A DNA stretch of 64,000 bases from Chloroflexota bacterium (lineage in GTDB: Bacteria; Chloroflexota; UBA11872; VXOZ01): assembly GCA_965221905.1 (NCBI GenBank), contig OZ244922.1:480001-544000 (forward strand). Direction: 5' to 3'. Each line of letters opens with the position of its first letter. Position 1 is the stretch's first letter. The position numbers and the translations under genes were made by a program. Under the pieces are notes generated by a model. The model was not told the origin of the DNA, did no database searches, and saw only the letters and a list, made by a program, of their open reading frames with translations. This document shows positions 40,934 to 51,185 of this stretch, piece after piece.

Positions 40934-41983
40934 ATGCGCGCACTGTATGCAAATAACCGGGGAGAAACCTACCTGAAAGAGGTGCCGGGCCCTGAGCTTG
41001 GAGAAACCGGAGTTCTGATTGAGACCGTTACCTCGGTGCTGGGCACCGGATCGGAAGTTGGTAACGTGAGCCGCGCCCGCCGGGCCGTGCAAGATGGTAG
41101 CGACCCAGGCGCGTTGAGTGAACGTCCCATGAGCTACCAGTCGGCAGGACGCGTGGTTGCCGTCACACCTGATCTGGAGTCCCACTACGCGCCGGGCGAC
41201 CGTGTGGTAGCGGTGGGCGGCGGCTTTGCGCCCCACGCCGAGCGCGCCTTTCTGACACGGCACAACTTCGCCAAGATCCCGGACGCGTTGGATACGGCGG
41301 AAGCCGCCACCGCGAACATCGGTCTCACCGCGCTGCACGCCATTCGCCGCGCGCAGTTGCTGCCGGGCGAGACTGCCGCCGTGATCGGCATGGGCCTGGT
41401 GGGCCAGATGATCGCCCAGATGGTGCGAATGATGGGCGGCCAAGCCATCGGCATCGACCTCATCCCTTTTCGTTTGGAGAAGGCGCGGGAGCTGGGCATA
41501 GACCTGGCATTGCAGGGCGTCGCGGACACGCTGGCCGCGGCGGTGGCGGACTACACCTGCGGTCTGGGCGTGGACGCATCATTCGTGGCTGCGGGCGGCG
41601 GGCCGGAGCCGGGCCGCTTGGGTATCCGCTTGGTGCGGCACAGCGGACGCGTCATGATGATTGGTGGTCTCGTACCGGACTTCACAGTGGCGCACCCGGA
41701 CGCCAACCCTCACACGAAAGAGATCGACATTCGCTGGGTATTCGGCCGCGGGCCGGGCAGCCGCGACCAGGAGTACCTGCACGCCCGTACCGACTACCCC
41801 AACCGCTTCGTGCAGTGGGACCAGGAGCGTAATCTCTTCGCGTTGCTGCAGATGCAGGCGAGCGGCGGCGTTCGTGTCGGCCCTCTCCTCACGCACCGCT
41901 TCCCGTTTGCCGATGCGCCCAAGGCCGTGGACATTCTCATCGAGCATCCCGATGAGGCGCTGGCCGTCGTGCTGGAGTATTGA
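40934..41983 (+). CDS. MDR-family (zinc-binding-type) dehydrogenase
   Basis: GTGSE, Y.SAGRVV, PGDRV, VIGMGLVGQ, THRFPF. Confidence 0.85.
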   Translation: MRALYANNRGETYLKEVPGPELGETGVLIETVTSVLGTGSEVGNVSRARRAVQDGSDPGALSERPMSYQSAGRVVAVTPDLESHYAPGDRVVAVGGGFAPHAERAFLTRHNFAKIPDALDTAEAATANIGLTALHAIRRAQLLPGETAAVIGMGLVGQMIAQMVRMMGGQAIGIDLIPFRLEKARELGIDLALQGVADTLAAAVADYTCGLGVDASFVAAGGGPEPGRLGIRLVRHSGRVMMIGGLVPDFTVAHPDANPHTKEIDIRWVFGRGPGSRDQEYLHARTDYPNRFVQWDQERNLFALLQMQASGGVRVGPLLTHRFPFADAPKAVDILIEHPDEALAVVLEY

Positions 41984-42095
41984 GCTTGGGCCGGTTGCAA
42001 GTATTTCGTGAATTCTAGTGGAAGTGACTGCAGTCCAGCATGTCAGGCGCACGCTTTAAGCGGCTTCTCTCTTCCCTGAATCGACATGGCAGCGG

Positions 42096-42455
42096 TCAAT
42101 CGAGCAGAATGAGCAGCCATACAGTGGCTGCCGTAGCTAATGAGACCAGTACTGCCGCTGCGGCCATGTCCTTGGCCTTGCGGGAGAGTTCGTGGCGTTC
42201 GGCGCCGATGCGGTCGACGGTCATCTCGATCGCGGCGTTCATCAGCTCAGTCAGGAGTATGAGGAGGAGCGCGCCAATCATCAGCGCGCGCTCGACACCG
42301 TTTTCCCCCAGCCAGAGGGCAAGCGGAGTCATGACCAGGAGTATGAGCACTTCCTGACGGATGGATACCTGGCTGTGGAATGCGTCACGAAACCCTCTGA
42401 GGGCATGCTTGGTCGCTCGCAATAGCCGGAGGATGTCGAACTCGCTGCCTATCAC
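42096..42455 (-). CDS. dgkA: diacylglycerol kinase
   Basis: RQE, ELMNAAIE..VDRIG.ERHELSRKAKDMAAAAV, three TM segments. Confidence 0.92.
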   Translation of the reverse strand: MIGSEFDILRLLRATKHALRGFRDAFHSQVSIRQEVLILLVMTPLALWLGENGVERALMIGALLLILLTELMNAAIEMTVDRIGAERHELSRKAKDMAAAAVLVSLATAATVWLLILLD

Positions 42456-42732
42456 AACGATTGCCGTCTCCCCCCGCTGAGATGTAAGTGTGGGACAGTC
42501 CCGCAGATTGATCGTTTCTTCAATGCGACGGCTCCTATAAAGAGCCCTACATCAGCCGATTCGTTGCCCCAAGGGGCATAAAGTGGCGTGTCTTGGAAGG
42601 GCCTCGCCATGCATGTGGGCCTTGCCGATACTGCATGCTTTGGGTCGCTTGCAGCACAAGAGTATGTTCCGCAGACGGCTTCGCGCCAAAGCGCCCTCTG
42701 CTAGGGAGGATTCTCTCTGTTCTCACTCGTTG

Positions 42733-43650
42733 CTAACGCCGTACTCTGTCCGGTAGCGTGGATGGCTTCCCAAGCGCGTCCGCCATGGCGCGGATGTGGT
42801 AGGGGAGCATGCCGCAGCATGCGCCAATGAACTCGATTCCGATGCTCTCGGCTTCCTTGACGTATTCCGCCACCGCGAAGCGCGTCAGCACGCGCGGCTC
42901 GACGGTGGTCCAGAGGCCGGGCACGACGATCTCGCGATTATACACTGCACCCGGTTCCAGCTCGTAGGCCGTGGGCTGCACGCACATGGGCACGCCTACG
43001 GCTTTGCGCATGGCGCGCGCCAGCGGCAGTAGAGTCAGGGGCGGGCGATGACAGTTGATGCCCACCACGTCGGCGCCGTTATCTACAAGCCGTTTGGCTC
43101 CTTCCGCCGGTGAGAGGCCGTCGCGTGTGACGTCGCGTTCCTGGTAGGTGAGCGTGACGACGGCGGGGATGCCGGCTTGCTTTACGAAGGGAATCGCCAC
43201 ACTCGCCTCTGCCACAGTATGGAACGTCTCGACGATGAAGAGATCAACGCCCTCGGCCACCTGTTGCCCGACGCGCCGGTCAAAGAATGCCGCGACCTCC
43301 TGGCGGTCGGCGGCGCTAAGTTGCGGGCGGCGCTTGCCGAAATAGGGGCTGAGGGTGCCGGCCACGTAGCGGTCCGGCCCGGCGGCTTCACGCGCCAGCG
43401 CCACCGCCGTGCGGTGCAACTCCTCTTCTTGGTCTATCTTACCCACGCCCCAGGCCATGGCCTGCAAGACCTCAGCGCCCGCCCGGGCAAACTCCCGATG
43501 GAGTTCTAAGACGCCGTCGGGATTGTTGAGCACGGCGCGCGGGACGCCATCCTTGTAACTGCCAAGGCAGCGGCGCTCTAATTCCAGAAAGTAGCCGCCG
43601 TCGCCAAGCACCGGCCCCTGTCGCAAGCGTTCCAGAAAGTCTTGTGGCAA
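42733..43650 (-). CDS. homocysteine S-methyltransferase family protein (BHMT-like)
   Basis: GDGG, H.EF.RAGA, VET, GINC and GACCG zinc ligands. Confidence 0.88.
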   Translation of the reverse strand: MPQDFLERLRQGPVLGDGGYFLELERRCLGSYKDGVPRAVLNNPDGVLELHREFARAGAEVLQAMAWGVGKIDQEEELHRTAVALAREAAGPDRYVAGTLSPYFGKRRPQLSAADRQEVAAFFDRRVGQQVAEGVDLFIVETFHTVAEASVAIPFVKQAGIPAVVTLTYQERDVTRDGLSPAEGAKRLVDNGADVVGINCHRPPLTLLPLARAMRKAVGVPMCVQPTAYELEPGAVYNREIVVPGLWTTVEPRVLTRFAVAEYVKEAESIGIEFIGACCGMLPYHIRAMADALGKPSTLPDRVRR

Positions 43651-44206
43651 TACGGTACTCCTTTCGATTGATTACGCCCTTGTATTGATCTGTTTGAACA
43701 CCAATCGCGCAGCAGTTTATTTAGGGGAATGGTATTTTCCTGAAAATCGAATTCTGCGCTAGAAGCGCAGCTACCCATCTATGAAAGGCCGCTGCCGTCG
43801 GCGGTCTGCAACTGAGTTGCGCATTCTTCGCGCACTCGCTATGCCATCCTTAGCCTACTCGTCTCTACACCAAATGGCTAGCCTACCGCGCCCCGCTCGC
43901 GCAGCGGTCATGCCGCTGTTTCTAAGACGGGTAATTGGCTCTTCGTTCCGATCAGCGGCTATCTCGAACTTAATCCACCCTGTATCCCGAAGGAGACCTT
44001 GGAGTGACTCCGTCATTCCGGCGAAGGCCGGAATCCAGAGGTGCGTGGGTAGTTCGTGGTTGCTAGTGGTCAAGCCATTCCTCACCCCATCCCGACCTTC
44101 CCCCGTCAAGGGGGAAGGGGTATTGCAAAGGTCTCCGAAGAGGGAAGCGTCGCATTGGCATAACGGGGGATATGGGCGCTCCACCGCACATGCTTCGACA
44201 GGCTCA

Positions 44207-44465
44207 GCACGAACGGTGGAGGGTTACTTGTGCACGAATGGGGAAGGGACACCTGTGCACGAACGGTGGAGGGTTACCTGTGCACGAATGGGGAAGGGAC
44301 ATCTGTGCACGAACGGTGGAGGGTTACTTGTGCATGTACGGGAAGGGACACCTGAGCATGTACGGGGAAGGGACACCTGTGCATGTACGGGGAAGGGACA
44401 CCTGAGCATGTACGGGGAAGGGACACCTGTGCATGTACGGGGAAGGGACACCTGAGCATGAACGG
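44207..44465. repeat. tandem array of ten ~25-bp units plus a partial unit
   Basis: GCACGAACGGTGGAGGGTTACTTGT alternates with GCACGAATGGGGAAGGGACACCTGT, then GCATGTACGGGGAAGGGACACCTG(A/T) x5. Confidence 0.92.
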
Positions 44466-44763
44466 TCAATAGGCGCAGTGGGCGGCCGGGCCTGTGACCG
44501 TTGACGCCCTGCATGCAGTTCTCGGTCACAATTGGAAGGATCCTAGATTCTGCTCGAGCACGCATTGAATGCACGCCAATTGAGTGATAGGCTTAGGAGC
44601 AGCCGTAGCAGGAGCGTTGGATGCGCGGTTACGCTGCAAGATGCAAGTTACCGGGGAAAACGGTTGGTTGCTTGGCAGGGCACTTCCCGTGCAACGCGGT
44701 ACAGCCTGTTAGCGATCTGCACTCGCAATTCAGAAACTTTCTTTCGAGCCGAAAGCGCCTCGC

Positions 44764-46044
44764 ATGACTGAACCACTGTTGGCTGCGTTTGCTGAAGTTG
44801 ACATCACTCCCGCCGTAGAGACGACGCAAAACGGCAAGCGGAGGCGGCGCAGCTTCACCGTGCACGATCCGCTGATGGCGCGCCTGTGCGTACTGCGCCA
44901 AGGCGAGCAGACTGCGGTGTTGGCGGGCGTTGACGTATTCGAGCTGGGCGGCGGCTTCGAGGAGCGAGTAAGCGCCCACTTGGCGGGAACCGGCATCAGC
45001 AGCGAGTCACTGCTCTTTTCACCCTCCCACGTGGGCATGTCGCCGATCTCGCATTACGGCGCGTACATTATCGTCTTCGCCCAAGACCTGATCATCAACG
45101 ACTTTGAGGCGGAGTGTGCGGCGCGGATTGCCGGGGGCATCCGCGAAGCGCTGGACAGACTCACGCCGGTGCGCGTCGCCGTGGGGGTGGGGCACGCGCC
45201 GGAACTCACCCGCAATCGCCGGTGGCTCAAACCCAATGGCGCCGTGGAGATGGTGGGGTTGAAGTCGCCGATTCCCACCAACACCGATTGGCGCGAACAA
45301 GGCATCGACGATACGGTGCGTGTGGTTCGCTTTGATACCGTGGCAGGGGAGCAGCTTGGGGCGCTCGTGAATTTTGGCTGCCACGCACTCTGTTCGGATG
45401 ATCGCTATGGGCACATAACCGCCGACTATCCGCAGCATGTTGCCGCGGTGTTTCGCAAGGTGGCGGGCATACCGGTGGTCTTTACGCAAGGCAGCATCGG
45501 CGAACAGATACCGATTGAAGCGGAAGGCGCTCATTCCGCCCGCCGCATCGGCCACGCGCTCGGCGCCCGGGCGCTCTATGTCTTCGAACAGATCGCGCCC
45601 AGTGAGACACCGGTGCTGGGAGTTCACCGCGGGGAGGCAACCGTACCGGCGCGGCTGGTGGCAGAGGAACCGGAAGCAATGCGCTTAGACCTGCGCAACT
45701 CCCGCGCTCGCTACCGCCGGTACCTCTATGAACGCTTCCATGAGAACCCTTCCATTTCGTATCCGATCCGGGTGGTCACGCTCGGCGATGCGCTTGCGCT
45801 CGTAGCGCTGCCCGGCGAGATGTTCCATGAAACTGTGCTCGCCATTCAAGAGGCATCGCCATTTGCCCACACGATAGTGCTCAGCCGGGCTTCGCGCGAC
45901 GTGGGCTACGTGCCGGTGCCCAGCGCGTTTGCCCAGGGCGGCATGGAGCCGGCGCTCACATCGTTAACGCCGGAATCCGAGCCGGTGATTCGGCAAAGCG
46001 CACTTGAACAGCTTTACCGTTGCAGAGGGGCGGTGTTGGCGTAG
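44764..46044 (+). CDS. neutral/alkaline ceramidase-like hydrolase
   Basis: DITP, VHDPL.AR, SH, NRR, NFGCHA, ADYP, QG..G, LPGEMF, GYVP. Confidence 0.75.
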   Translation: MTEPLLAAFAEVDITPAVETTQNGKRRRRSFTVHDPLMARLCVLRQGEQTAVLAGVDVFELGGGFEERVSAHLAGTGISSESLLFSPSHVGMSPISHYGAYIIVFAQDLIINDFEAECAARIAGGIREALDRLTPVRVAVGVGHAPELTRNRRWLKPNGAVEMVGLKSPIPTNTDWREQGIDDTVRVVRFDTVAGEQLGALVNFGCHALCSDDRYGHITADYPQHVAAVFRKVAGIPVVFTQGSIGEQIPIEAEGAHSARRIGHALGARALYVFEQIAPSETPVLGVHRGEATVPARLVAEEPEAMRLDLRNSRARYRRYLYERFHENPSISYPIRVVTLGDALALVALPGEMFHETVLAIQEASPFAHTIVLSRASRDVGYVPVPSAFAQGGMEPALTSLTPESEPVIRQSALEQLYRCRGAVLA

Positions 46045-46140
46045 CCTAGGGTCTGAGGCTGAGCCATGGCGCGGCCAATTCATTCGGGGAGCGGTCCGCT
46101 GGTTCTACGTGCCCACGGATGATGTTGGACAACAAACGTC

Positions 46141-46171
46141 AAGGCTGCGGGTCGTTAGACCCACAGCCTTT
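46141..46171. terminator. hairpin between convergent genes
   Basis: AAGGCTGCGGGTC-GTTA-GACCCACAGCCTTT. Confidence 0.6.
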
Positions 46172-46284
46172 CGATTTCCCGTACCTTACATGTGGTAGAG
46201 GAATTCAATATCCATTCGCAAGGAACATTGAAATGCGAGTTAACGAGCCTTTAAGGGATCGTTAACTCGCTGAGTTGTCGCGTA

Positions 46285-46569
46285 CTACCAGGAACGCGGT
46301 CGACTGAATTCGCGGGGTTTCCGCTCGCCGCGTGGGCGTGCCTGGTTGACATTGAGCGCGCGACCGCCCATGTCCTTCTGGTTGAGGGCGCTAATCGCTG
46401 CTTCGGCTTCTGCCTGGGATGACATCTCGACAAAGCCAAAGCCTCGTGAGCGACCGGTGTCACGGTCCATAATGACGGAAGCCGAGGCTACGTCGCCAAA
46501 CTCGGCAAACAGCTCTCGTAGTTCATCATCAGTCGTCGTATAGGGAAGATTCCCTACATAGATATTCAC
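46285..46569 (-). CDS. RRM-domain RNA-binding protein
   Basis: IYVGNL (RNP2) and RGFGFVEM (RNP1), VNQARPR; GTG start after AAGGA. Confidence 0.95.
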   Translation of the reverse strand: MNIYVGNLPYTTTDDELRELFAEFGDVASASVIMDRDTGRSRGFGFVEMSSQAEAEAAISALNQKDMGGRALNVNQARPRGERKPREFSRPRSW

Positions 46570-47026
46570 TGTCGGTTCCTTTTGTCAGACTGCCACCTGA
46601 CGCCGCCGGTCAGCAGACCCAATCTCGTATTACAAAAAAACATCGTAGTGCAATTAATGCACCTTTACCCTGCACGGCGCTGCCGGTGCGCTACACTTGG
46701 AGAGAATGACCGCCACACTTTTATGGGTAGCCATTCTACGCTCCCAGCCATGCGCTAAAATCCTTCTGCGGTATCAACACTCCTTTCCTACAACACGCCT
46801 GGAAAGGTAAACGGACACTAATCCTCAAACGAAAAATCGCAATCTGGCGACGCGGTAAGGCGAGACCGCAGACTCAACCTCTTCGCGTTCTATCTAGTAC
46901 CGACGCCATACCAGGCCTACATTTGTACTCCATCTACTTTACCACATTCTGTGGGTTTTGCAAGTACGTTTGTTTGGGAGTAATGTAATATTTGACGGAG
47001 AAAACCCTTAAGTACACGGAATCTTT

Positions 47027-47246
47027 GCGTCCTGGCAGTGGAGTGCCGTGCGTCTCTAATGGGAGCCAACCGCTGCTCCACAGCGTGCAGGGCGGTGTTG
47101 CGCCAGGCCGCGGGAAGGTCTGCTACCGGAGCAGTGGCGGAAACTAAATGAGAGACGTCTGACGGGAGCGAATAGCCTCGTCTGCGCGATGGACATTTCC
47201 AAACCAGCTTGTTTGCAGGCGGGACGCGGGAACCCCACTCTAGCCG
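47027..47246 (+). ncRNA. candidate structured ncRNA, family not identified
   Basis: Several nested helices read by eye; no credible ORF; strand inferred from G-U pairs and position. Confidence 0.45.
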
Positions 47247-47406
47247 ATCGATCGTTCGTCTGCTGCAACACATGCTATTTCCCCCTGCAGTGAACGGCAT
47301 AGTTGCAGCCGTGGTTTTTCCTTGAACCTATGATATCGCCATGCTAGAGTGAAGCAGCGAAAACGCAGTAGTGTATGCCATGTCTTGTGCGAGGGAAAGC
47401 GTCCCC

Positions 47407-48447
47407 ATGACCGTAGAGCGCGCAGACGGCCTGTTTGGGGCTGTGCAGGAGGTCGATGGAATTGCGCGACGCGCTGTGCGCATTCTCCACGCGCGGTTTG
47501 GGCTGATTTCGAATAATCGAGCACTCATCAGTAACCCGGAGTTCTTCGATAGCCGCACGGTCATTCAATCGCTCGTGACGAACGTATTTGCGGTGCCGGA
47601 GATTCCTTTTACCGAGCCGCTGGACGCACACATGTACATTCTGGATCTGCCCCAGGCGACGCCGTCCGTCAGAATTGGCGAACAGGAAGTCTATGCCGTG
47701 GCGGACTTTAGCCGGCTGGAGGCGGCATGCTCGGATCGGCGCTGCTCGCTCTTCGGCAACTTAGGCTTGTTCTTCCGCTTTGCATTGGCGCTGCTGGAGC
47801 GCCGCCATGGGATATTCAGCTTCCATGCCTCGGCCATGTACATTGCCGAGCGAAACGAGTTGATGCTGGTGGTGGGCGGCGCCGGCGCCGGCAAGACGGT
47901 GTTCTTGCTGGAGGGGTTGCGGCGCGGCTACCGGGTCTTTAGCACGGAGATGACCCATCTGGAATTTCGCGGGGGTGATGTGGTCTTTCACAAGGGTTCG
48001 CTGGTGGACAACATCCGCCAGGGCAACTTCGTCTATGATTTCCCGGACGCTGCGGAGCGGCTCGGCCTAGACCTGCCCGCAGTGGAGAACGTTTGGGCGC
48101 ATAAGTTGGCAGTGGACCTGGCGCCGGTTGCAACGGAGGCTGACGAGTTGGTCAATCCCAGACTCTCGCTGCTCTTCCCCAAGATCGAATCGGGAAGTGA
48201 GACTGCCGTAGTCTCAGACGTGAAGCCCGGTCCCAAGATGGTCAAGCTTCTGTTTGACAACGCATCCGAGAAGATAGGGGGCACGGCGTTGCTCTATGAT
48301 TGCATCCCTATCGCGGGCGCCGACGCGCCGGACATAGCGGCAAAGCGGTTAGAAGGCATGAACCGCTTGGTGCACGATCATTCCGGTTTGATCATCCGCG
48401 CCAAGGACATTCTGGCCGGCACACACAATTGTATGGAAGGACTCTAG
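47407..48447 (+). CDS. P-loop kinase-like protein (HPr kinase/PEPCK-type signature)
   Basis: FHASAM ~12 aa before Walker A GGAGAGKT, then GYRVFSTE. Confidence 0.7.
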   Translation: MTVERADGLFGAVQEVDGIARRAVRILHARFGLISNNRALISNPEFFDSRTVIQSLVTNVFAVPEIPFTEPLDAHMYILDLPQATPSVRIGEQEVYAVADFSRLEAACSDRRCSLFGNLGLFFRFALALLERRHGIFSFHASAMYIAERNELMLVVGGAGAGKTVFLLEGLRRGYRVFSTEMTHLEFRGGDVVFHKGSLVDNIRQGNFVYDFPDAAERLGLDLPAVENVWAHKLAVDLAPVATEADELVNPRLSLLFPKIESGSETAVVSDVKPGPKMVKLLFDNASEKIGGTALLYDCIPIAGADAPDIAAKRLEGMNRLVHDHSGLIIRAKDILAGTHNCMEGL

Positions 48448-48564
48448 GCGAAGCTGAGTGAGTTTAGCGCATTGACAGCCATTGTCATTCCGAGCGAAGC
48501 GAGGAATCTAGAGTGGTCGACCTGGTAGAATATCTGACTTAAGAAAATAAGGAGAGAATAGCAT

Positions 48565-49368
48565 ATGCCGCAAGCTTGGGAAGGAATTGTCGATCCGCCG
48601 GTACGGACACGTGTCAACGAAAAACCGCGCAGTACCGGGTATACGATGGTGCTCGATAAGGGGCTTGGATTGCACGGCACCACCGATCTCATGCAGATGG
48701 CGCATCATGTCATCGATTCCCTAAAACTGACGTTTGGCACGTCGGCATTCTACGAGGAAGACGTGCTGCGGGAGAAGATTGCGCTGGTCCAAGCGGCCGG
48801 CGTGGACATCTATCCTGGAGGTACGTTCCTGGAGGCGGCGGTGGCCCAAGGCAAACTGCCGGAATATGTAGTGCGTGCCAAGGCCCTGGGATTTAACACC
48901 ATCGAGGTCTCCGACGGCACGATCGAAATGGATGCTGCCACCCGCAGCGACATAGTCAAGCGCGCCTTAGACGCCGGCTTCAAAGTGCTCACTGAGGTGG
49001 GGAAGAAGGACCCTAAAGACGCCATTGCCACCTCCACCATGCATGAACAGATAGCCGCCGATCTTGCACAAGGCGCTGCTAAGGTGATTGTCGAGGCACG
49101 GGAATCCGGTCATGGGGTCGGAATCTTCGATGCCGGCGGTGACGTGCAGACCGAAATGGTGCAGGAGATTCTGGGTGGCATCAACAACGTAGAAGACCTT
49201 ATCTGGGAAGCGCCGATCAAGAATCAGCAGCAGTGGCTCATCCTGGAATTCGGTCCAAACGTCAACTTGGGCAACATACCGCCGGAAGATATCCTGGCGC
49301 TGGAGGCGCTGCGCTGCGGCATGCGGGGCGATACGCTGAAGCGCGCCCTCGCCGGCACGTGGCCGTAG
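48565..49368 (+). CDS. comA: phosphosulfolactate synthase
   Basis: KPR..G.TMVLDKG, K..FGTS, YPGGTFLE, IEVSDG, EVGKKD, EARESG, WEAP, FGPNVNLGNI, LEALR.G.RGDT. Confidence 0.93.
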   Translation: MPQAWEGIVDPPVRTRVNEKPRSTGYTMVLDKGLGLHGTTDLMQMAHHVIDSLKLTFGTSAFYEEDVLREKIALVQAAGVDIYPGGTFLEAAVAQGKLPEYVVRAKALGFNTIEVSDGTIEMDAATRSDIVKRALDAGFKVLTEVGKKDPKDAIATSTMHEQIAADLAQGAAKVIVEARESGHGVGIFDAGGDVQTEMVQEILGGINNVEDLIWEAPIKNQQQWLILEFGPNVNLGNIPPEDILALEALRCGMRGDTLKRALAGTWP

Positions 49369-49489
49369 AGATTGCTTTCTCATATGTGGGCACCAATCGA
49401 CCGCAGTGGGAGATCTTTATTCTAAGTTTGTGATATGTCTTGCACGTTTCTACCGAGTCGGTAGGATGATACTAGCTAATGGGCATTTG

Positions 49490-49521
49490 CCCTCACCCTA
49501 ACCCTCTCCCACGGGAGAGGG
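49490..49521. repeat. CCCTCACCC..CCCTCTCCC..GGGAGAGGG-type REP-like palindrome
   Basis: Intact relative of the MITE-interrupted copy at 5267-5592; variant at ~44079-44120. Confidence 0.75.
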
Positions 49522-49696
49522 GACAGTTGCCCCCTGGCGGACAGTAGACACCAGATCCTAGAGAAAGGAAACTCGTTTTCGTAGTTCACTCGCAAAGCAA
49601 TAGGGGCTGCATCATGTGGGGGCGCCCTCGGACAGGGTTTTGGCGAGTCTCCGGAGTGCAAGTAGGCCTGGTAGGAACTATGAGGTTCTGCCTAAC

Positions 49697-50971
49697 GTGG
49701 CTACAGCAGAAAATGCAGTCAAATACGGCGTAGAGACCGTCACCTTCGCCCTGCCAGATGCTGCGGACGTGACGGTGATCGAGCCGCGCTCGGTTAAGGG
49801 CGTATCTGACCCGGTGGCAGAAGTGGAGCAGGCACTCGGCGAGGCGCTGGCGCAAGGGTTGCTGGAGCAGCCGGGTACGACCGCCATCGCCATTAGCGAT
49901 GCGACGCGTCCAGTGCCAAACGACACTCTGCTGCCGCCGCTACTTGCTCAACTGCACGGAAAAGGCATTAGGGAAGAAGAAATATCTATCATCGTTGGCA
50001 CCGGCAACCACCGCGCGGCAACGGCGGAGGAACTCCCGCAACTCGTTGGCGCCGACATTGCCCGACGCTACCGCGTTTTTTCCCACGTCTACGACGACCC
50101 GGCGCAGCTTGTCCGCCTGGGTGAGACGAGCCGCGGCACGCCGGTGGTCATCAATCGGACGTTTGCTGAGGCGAATACGCGCATCATCGTCGGCATGATT
50201 GACCCCCATCAATTTGTCGGCTACACCGGCGGCTGCAAGGGCGCGTTCATCGGCCTCGCGGGCGGTGAGACCATTGCCGCAAACCACTCGATGCTTAGCG
50301 ATCCGGCGGCAAAGCTGGGCGTCTGCAATGGCAATCCGGTTCGTGAGGATATTGATGAACTCACTGACTTTCTCTCGATTGACCTTGTCATCAACGTCGT
50401 GCTCAACACTGCGAACGAGATAGTGCGCGTCTTTGCGGGCGGTCCGCATGACGTGCTCGCGGCGGCGGTGCCGCTGGTGCAGGATGTGTGCGAAACGGCA
50501 GTGCCTCACGCCATGGATGTGGTCATTGCGTCTCCCGGCGGCTATCCCAAAGACATCAACCTCTATCAGGCGCAGAAGGCGCTAGCCCATGCCAGCGAAT
50601 TGGTGCGCCCAGGCGGCAGTGTAATTCTGGTGGCAGAATGCCGCGAAGGCGCAGGCGATGATCTATACGAGGCCTGGATGGCTGCCGCCAGAACGCCGCA
50701 AGAGGTGGTAACCCGGTTCGAGCAGGAGGGCTTTCGCATGGGCGCGCACAAAGCGTTCCTCTTTGCCCGCAGCATGCTCAAGGCGCATACTTACCTTGTT
50801 TCCCGCGGGATTGGACCCGACCAAGCACAAAAACTCCACCTAGTTTCCGCACCAACGATTGAGCACGCGCTGGCGGCGGCGCTGCGCGACATCGAAGGCC
50901 GACCGCGCATCGGTATTATGCCGCGCGCCTCGTCCACCATTCCGCGCATCATGGCGCCGGCACGTATATAA
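49697..50971 (+). CDS. larA: nickel-pincer-dependent lactate racemase (LarA) family protein
   Basis: D.TRP, G.GNHR, PH.F.GYTGG.K, NH, PGGYPKDINLYQAQKA, ECREG; GTG start 49697 assumed; substrate not established. Confidence 0.85.
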   Translation: MATAENAVKYGVETVTFALPDAADVTVIEPRSVKGVSDPVAEVEQALGEALAQGLLEQPGTTAIAISDATRPVPNDTLLPPLLAQLHGKGIREEEISIIVGTGNHRAATAEELPQLVGADIARRYRVFSHVYDDPAQLVRLGETSRGTPVVINRTFAEANTRIIVGMIDPHQFVGYTGGCKGAFIGLAGGETIAANHSMLSDPAAKLGVCNGNPVREDIDELTDFLSIDLVINVVLNTANEIVRVFAGGPHDVLAAAVPLVQDVCETAVPHAMDVVIASPGGYPKDINLYQAQKALAHASELVRPGGSVILVAECREGAGDDLYEAWMAAARTPQEVVTRFEQEGFRMGAHKAFLFARSMLKAHTYLVSRGIGPDQAQKLHLVSAPTIEHALAAALRDIEGRPRIGIMPRASSTIPRIMAPARI

Positions 50972-51185
50972 TTGCGGAAAGCCTAGAGCTTACTGACTTT
51001 CAAGAAAGTACGCGCTCTTGAGACTCGTCATTCCCACGAAAGCGGGAATCCATCCGCTCCGAGTAACCAGGCATTTGGCGTGCGCCGGAGCGACGGAGAG
51101 TATCAGATTAGCTTCTGGGGTGTGTACGTCAGAAGCAAGTGGCAAACTTCCATGTAATTCCTGTGACTTTCCGAGGAGAAGATAA

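Noticed and set aside
44207-44465. Possible CRISPR array
   Set aside because: Contiguous tandem units with no unique spacers; no cas genes in the window.
43781-44574. ORFs spanning the REP stack and tandem array
   Set aside because: Translations are repeat-derived (e.g. HASTGSART, VIPAKAGIQ) with no protein-like features.
46570-46916. Possible RNA gene upstream of the RRM gene
   Set aside because: Could be a long leader, but I found no convincing extended helices or known motif.
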